DNA of 64,000 nt from Bacteroidia bacterium (GTDB taxonomy: Bacteria > Bacteroidota > Bacteroidia > M30B66). The stretch covers positions 3,840,001 through 3,904,000 of the forward strand of contig OZ257142.1 of the NCBI GenBank assembly GCA_965279035.1, in the 5' to 3' direction. The notes beneath the pieces are model-generated. The model was not told where the DNA came from. It saw only the letters and a list, made by a program, of their open reading frames with translations, and did no database searches. Both the position numbers and the translations under genes were made by a program. Of the stretch, positions 60,761 to 64,000 are shown in pieces (position 1 is the first letter of the stretch; each line of letters opens with the position of its first letter).

Positions 60761-63700
60761 ATGAAACATTTTTACCGAATACTTTTTGTATTCCTAGCAT
60801 CAATTTTATTGAATTGCTTAATGAATGATGCTTCACTGAAAGCTCAGAATTCTCTTACTTTCACAATAAATATGGCTGGACAATTTGTTAATCCAGCAGG
60901 AATACATGTGGCAGGGAATTTTAATTCAAATGGCATGCTTTTGCCAGATTGGGACCCAAGTGCTGTTGGTTCTCAATTAACATTAATTCAAGATCAAGTC
61001 TATTCAATTACGCTTGAAAACATTTCATTCAATGCCGGAAGTAATCTACAATTTAAATTTTATAATGGGATAGAGATTGGAAATGCTGAATCATATATTC
61101 CAATTGAATGTGGAGTTGACAATGGCTCAGGGGGTGTTAATCGATTAATTCCTTTAAATGAAGGAAATTGGTGTTATTCAACTGTATTTAGTTCATCTGT
61201 TTGTGGTACTTATCAGGCAGTTGCTGAATTACCAAATGAACGATGTACTTCTGCAATTCCAATAGCATGTGGTGATGTTGTTTCAGGAACAACCACAGGC
61301 GCTTCCTATGCAGGTGTATGGTATAAGTTTGTAGGAGATGGAACACCCGTTACAGCATCAACATGTTCAAATGCCGATTTTAGCACATATATTTCAGTTT
61401 ATTACGGTTCATGTGAATCATTATCACTTATTGGAACAAACCTACCAGGCGCAAACACTGATGTTTGTGCAACAGGGAGCTCTTCTTCATTTTGCTCATT
61501 AGAAGGAGAAACATATTACATTTTTGTATTCAGTTACTTAGGAGAAACTGGGAATTTTGAATTAAGCATGAATTGCAGTCAACCCGCTATAGCAGAACCC
61601 TATCTTTCTATTGGTTATCAAAGTGGCAGTATCGAAATTTGTTCTGGTGGTTCTATTGAATTGGAAAGATCTTATTCTCAAAATTATCCCGGAACATCAC
61701 TACAATGGCAATCTTCTAGTGTTTCGGGTGGTCCTTATTCCGATATACCCAATGCGAATGAATCCCATTTAACTACTCCTCCAGAATCAGAAAATACATT
61801 CTATGTTGCAAAGCTATTATGTAGTGGATTAGAAACGAATTCAATATCCAATGAACTTGGAGTCTATATGGCTTCATCAGTTCAAGGGATTATATTTGCT
61901 ACATGGGATAATTCTAATGGATCAACAACTACTACCGACCAACCAATTACAGCCTGTTTAGGTAGTACTTTTCACCTTAATCTTTACAATCAAAATGCAG
62001 GTTCAATTATTCAATGGCAAAAATCTAATGTTAGTGGTGGACCATATACCGATATTGAAGGAGCTAATGGAAATTCCTTTATAACTCTGCCGCTTGATGG
62101 AGAAACCTATTATGTAGCTCATATTACTTGCAATGGATTTTCAGTTACGACAAATGAAATTGCTATTATTCCAGGAATATCTGGCGGATATATTAATGAA
62201 GGAGACTTTATTTTTGAATCTATTTTGTGTCTTGGTCAAACAACAACATTAAACTATAATGCACAAGTAGGTGTTGGGGAAAACATTCAATGGAAACAAA
62301 GTTCATCTATTGATGGTCCTTTTACAGATATTTCAGGTGAAAATTCGTTTTCTTTTAATACTCCTCCTGCTACTGATCCAGTTTTTTATATTGTTACCAC
62401 ATCATGTGGGGATTATTCATTTAATTCAACGCCTTATTCTGTTACAATCGGTGCTAATGCTGGAACTATCAATAACGTCAATTACTATTCAGATGTTTGC
62501 CCAGGCACAGAAATTTCGCTCTCTCACTATTATAACAATCCACTCGTAACATTTCAATGGCAACAATCAACTGTGAGTGGTGGCCCATACACCGATCTAC
62601 CAAACGGTATTAATCCAAATTCATATTCTGGCACTTTAAACGAAACCTCTTTCTATGTTGTTAAAGGTACTTGTGGAGAACTAGAAGGTTATTCCAATGA
62701 AATCCAAATAAACGCCTTGCAATCTCTCAATGCAGGATATTTAAGCTCGTATTCCAATTCACCTTTAGTTTGTGAAAATCAGTCAGCAAATTTTTCTTTT
62801 TATGCATCCTATAATTCGAATAATTCAGTAAGCTACCATCTTCAGGAATCATCAACTAGTGGCGGAGATTATACCGATGTTCCATATCAAAGCTGGCAAG
62901 GAGGATACGATTTCCCACACTATTTTAGTTCACAACCAATCACCTCGAATTCCTATTTTGTTGTAAAAGCTACTTGCGGTACGTTAACTAGTTATTCCAA
63001 TGAAACAGAAATCTCACTCGGTGTAAATCCTTTAACTATTTATTCTGGAAATCCTTCTGTTTGTGCTGGCGGATCTTCAACTTTATATTCCTATGGCGAT
63101 AGTAATGGAGATGTTTTTCAATGGCAAAAATCAACGGTAAGTGGTGGTCCATATGAAGATATTCCAGGTGAAAACGGACCAACTTTATCAAGTCCTCCAA
63201 TCAATGAAACAACCTATTTTGTTCTTAAAACTTCATGTGGCGATTTGTCTGCCTTGAGTAACGAAGTTCAAATAAATCTATATGACTTTGCACAAGCACC
63301 ATATATCTATAGCAATCAATATGGAAATAATATTTGTAGTGGCACTTCGTTAGACTTACTTTTAGGAGATACTTATCAATCAGGAGTAAGTTTTCAATGG
63401 CAGCAATCTTTAGTGAGTGGAGGTCCTTATACCGACATTCCAGGAGAAACCAATAGTGAATTAATTTCCGCTCCAATTATTGAAAATACCTACTTTGTTG
63501 TAAAAGCTACATGTGGAGAATTTACTGCATTATCTCAAGAAACTACGTATCAATTAGTGACTCAAACATCTGATATTTTCCCTTACACAATAAATAATTA
63601 TTCTCTTTCAAATGTTTGTCCTGATCAGCCAATTAATTTATATGGTTTTTTATTTTACGGTACTACCCTTGGAGCAAGCTTACAATGGCAAAAATCATCA

Positions 63701-64000
63701 CTAAGTGGCAGCAATTATGTGGACATTCCTAATGAGGTTTCTTCTCAATTAAGTAATTATTCAATCACAGAAAACACCTATTTTAATTTAAAGCTAAGTT
63801 GTGGAGATTTGTATGTTAACTCCAATGAAATTGGTTTTACCGTTGGTGCTCAGCCAGTCACTATTTCTTCATCCTCTAGTACAATTTGCGGTCAAAGTAG
63901 CTCTACGATTAATGCAGGTTATGAATATAATGCCTATGCTGAAAATCAATGGCAATATTCAACAGTAAGCGGAGGACCGTACATTGATCTTCCAGGTGAA
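60761..64000 (+). CDS. Large secreted protein (>=1080 aa, runs off the window): CBM-like N-domain plus nine Ig-like QWQxSxxSGGPY repeats
   Basis: ATG at 60761 (MKHFYRILF signal peptide) is in frame with ...YIDLPGE at the window end; not in the ORF track because there is no stop. Confidence 0.85.
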   Translation, partial: MKHFYRILFVFLASILLNCLMNDASLKAQNSLTFTINMAGQFVNPAGIHVAGNFNSNGMLLPDWDPSAVGSQLTLIQDQVYSITLENISFNAGSNLQFKFYNGIEIGNAESYIPIECGVDNGSGGVNRLIPLNEGNWCYSTVFSSSVCGTYQAVAELPNERCTSAIPIACGDVVSGTTTGASYAGVWYKFVGDGTPVTASTCSNADFSTYISVYYGSCESLSLIGTNLPGANTDVCATGSSSSFCSLEGETYYIFVFSYLGETGNFELSMNCSQPAIAEPYLSIGYQSGSIEICSGGSIELERSYSQNYPGTSLQWQSSSVSGGPYSDIPNANESHLTTPPESENTFYVAKLLCSGLETNSISNELGVYMASSVQGIIFATWDNSNGSTTTTDQPITACLGSTFHLNLYNQNAGSIIQWQKSNVSGGPYTDIEGANGNSFITLPLDGETYYVAHITCNGFSVTTNEIAIIPGISGGYINEGDFIFESILCLGQTTTLNYNAQVGVGENIQWKQSSSIDGPFTDISGENSFSFNTPPATDPVFYIVTTSCGDYSFNSTPYSVTIGANAGTINNVNYYSDVCPGTEISLSHYYNNPLVTFQWQQSTVSGGPYTDLPNGINPNSYSGTLNETSFYVVKGTCGELEGYSNEIQINALQSLNAGYLSSYSNSPLVCENQSANFSFYASYNSNNSVSYHLQESSTSGGDYTDVPYQSWQGGYDFPHYFSSQPITSNSYFVVKATCGTLTSYSNETEISLGVNPLTIYSGNPSVCAGGSSTLYSYGDSNGDVFQWQKSTVSGGPYEDIPGENGPTLSSPPINETTYFVLKTSCGDLSALSNEVQINLYDFAQAPYIYSNQYGNNICSGTSLDLLLGDTYQSGVSFQWQQSLVSGGPYTDIPGETNSELISAPIIENTYFVVKATCGEFTALSQETTYQLVTQTSDIFPYTINNYSLSNVCPDQPINLYGFLFYGTTLGASLQWQKSSLSGSNYVDIPNEVSSQLSNYSITENTYFNLKLSCGDLYVNSNEIGFTVGAQPVTISSSSSTICGQSSSTINAGYEYNAYAENQWQYSTVSGGPYIDLPGE

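Noticed and set aside
62271-63476. ORFs 62271-62549 and 63225-63476
   Set aside because: Alternate-frame or antisense shadows within the long ORF starting at 60761

Overview
Chromosomal segment of a Bacteroidota bacterium, judged from many T9SS C-terminal sorting domains and TAnnTTTG-type promoters. Housekeeping and stress genes: sco, oxyR divergent from ahpC-trx-ahpD, maltose O-acetyltransferase, TerC, DAACS symporter, purF, SanA, fused 2-oxoacid dehydrogenase E1, murQ, NUDIX, yefM-yoeB, padR-pspC and recG. Secreted/T9SS cargo: a TonB-dependent receptor with a frameshifted, apparently circularly permuted partner behind Pho-box-like repeats; an S74-chaperone tail-fibre-like protein; a YCF48 propeller; an M43 protease; a CHU_C protein; and a metallophosphoesterase x2 / MbnP / MbnH / YHYH operon. 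Mobile DNA: two apparently identical IS982 copies, one IS1595-family element and REP-like hairpin arrays. The most striking feature is a three-copy, ~400-bp non-coding element with IS982 ends. It carries a conserved structured-RNA core with a predicted triple-helix pseudoknot, and its loops hold different nested REP-type hairpins. An AT-rich region after recG encodes a sensor kinase, a response regulator, a LuxR regulator and a >1080-aa repeat protein that the ORF track missed because it runs off the window. No rRNA, tRNA or CRISPR array was seen. All family calls come from motif recognition by eye, not database searches.
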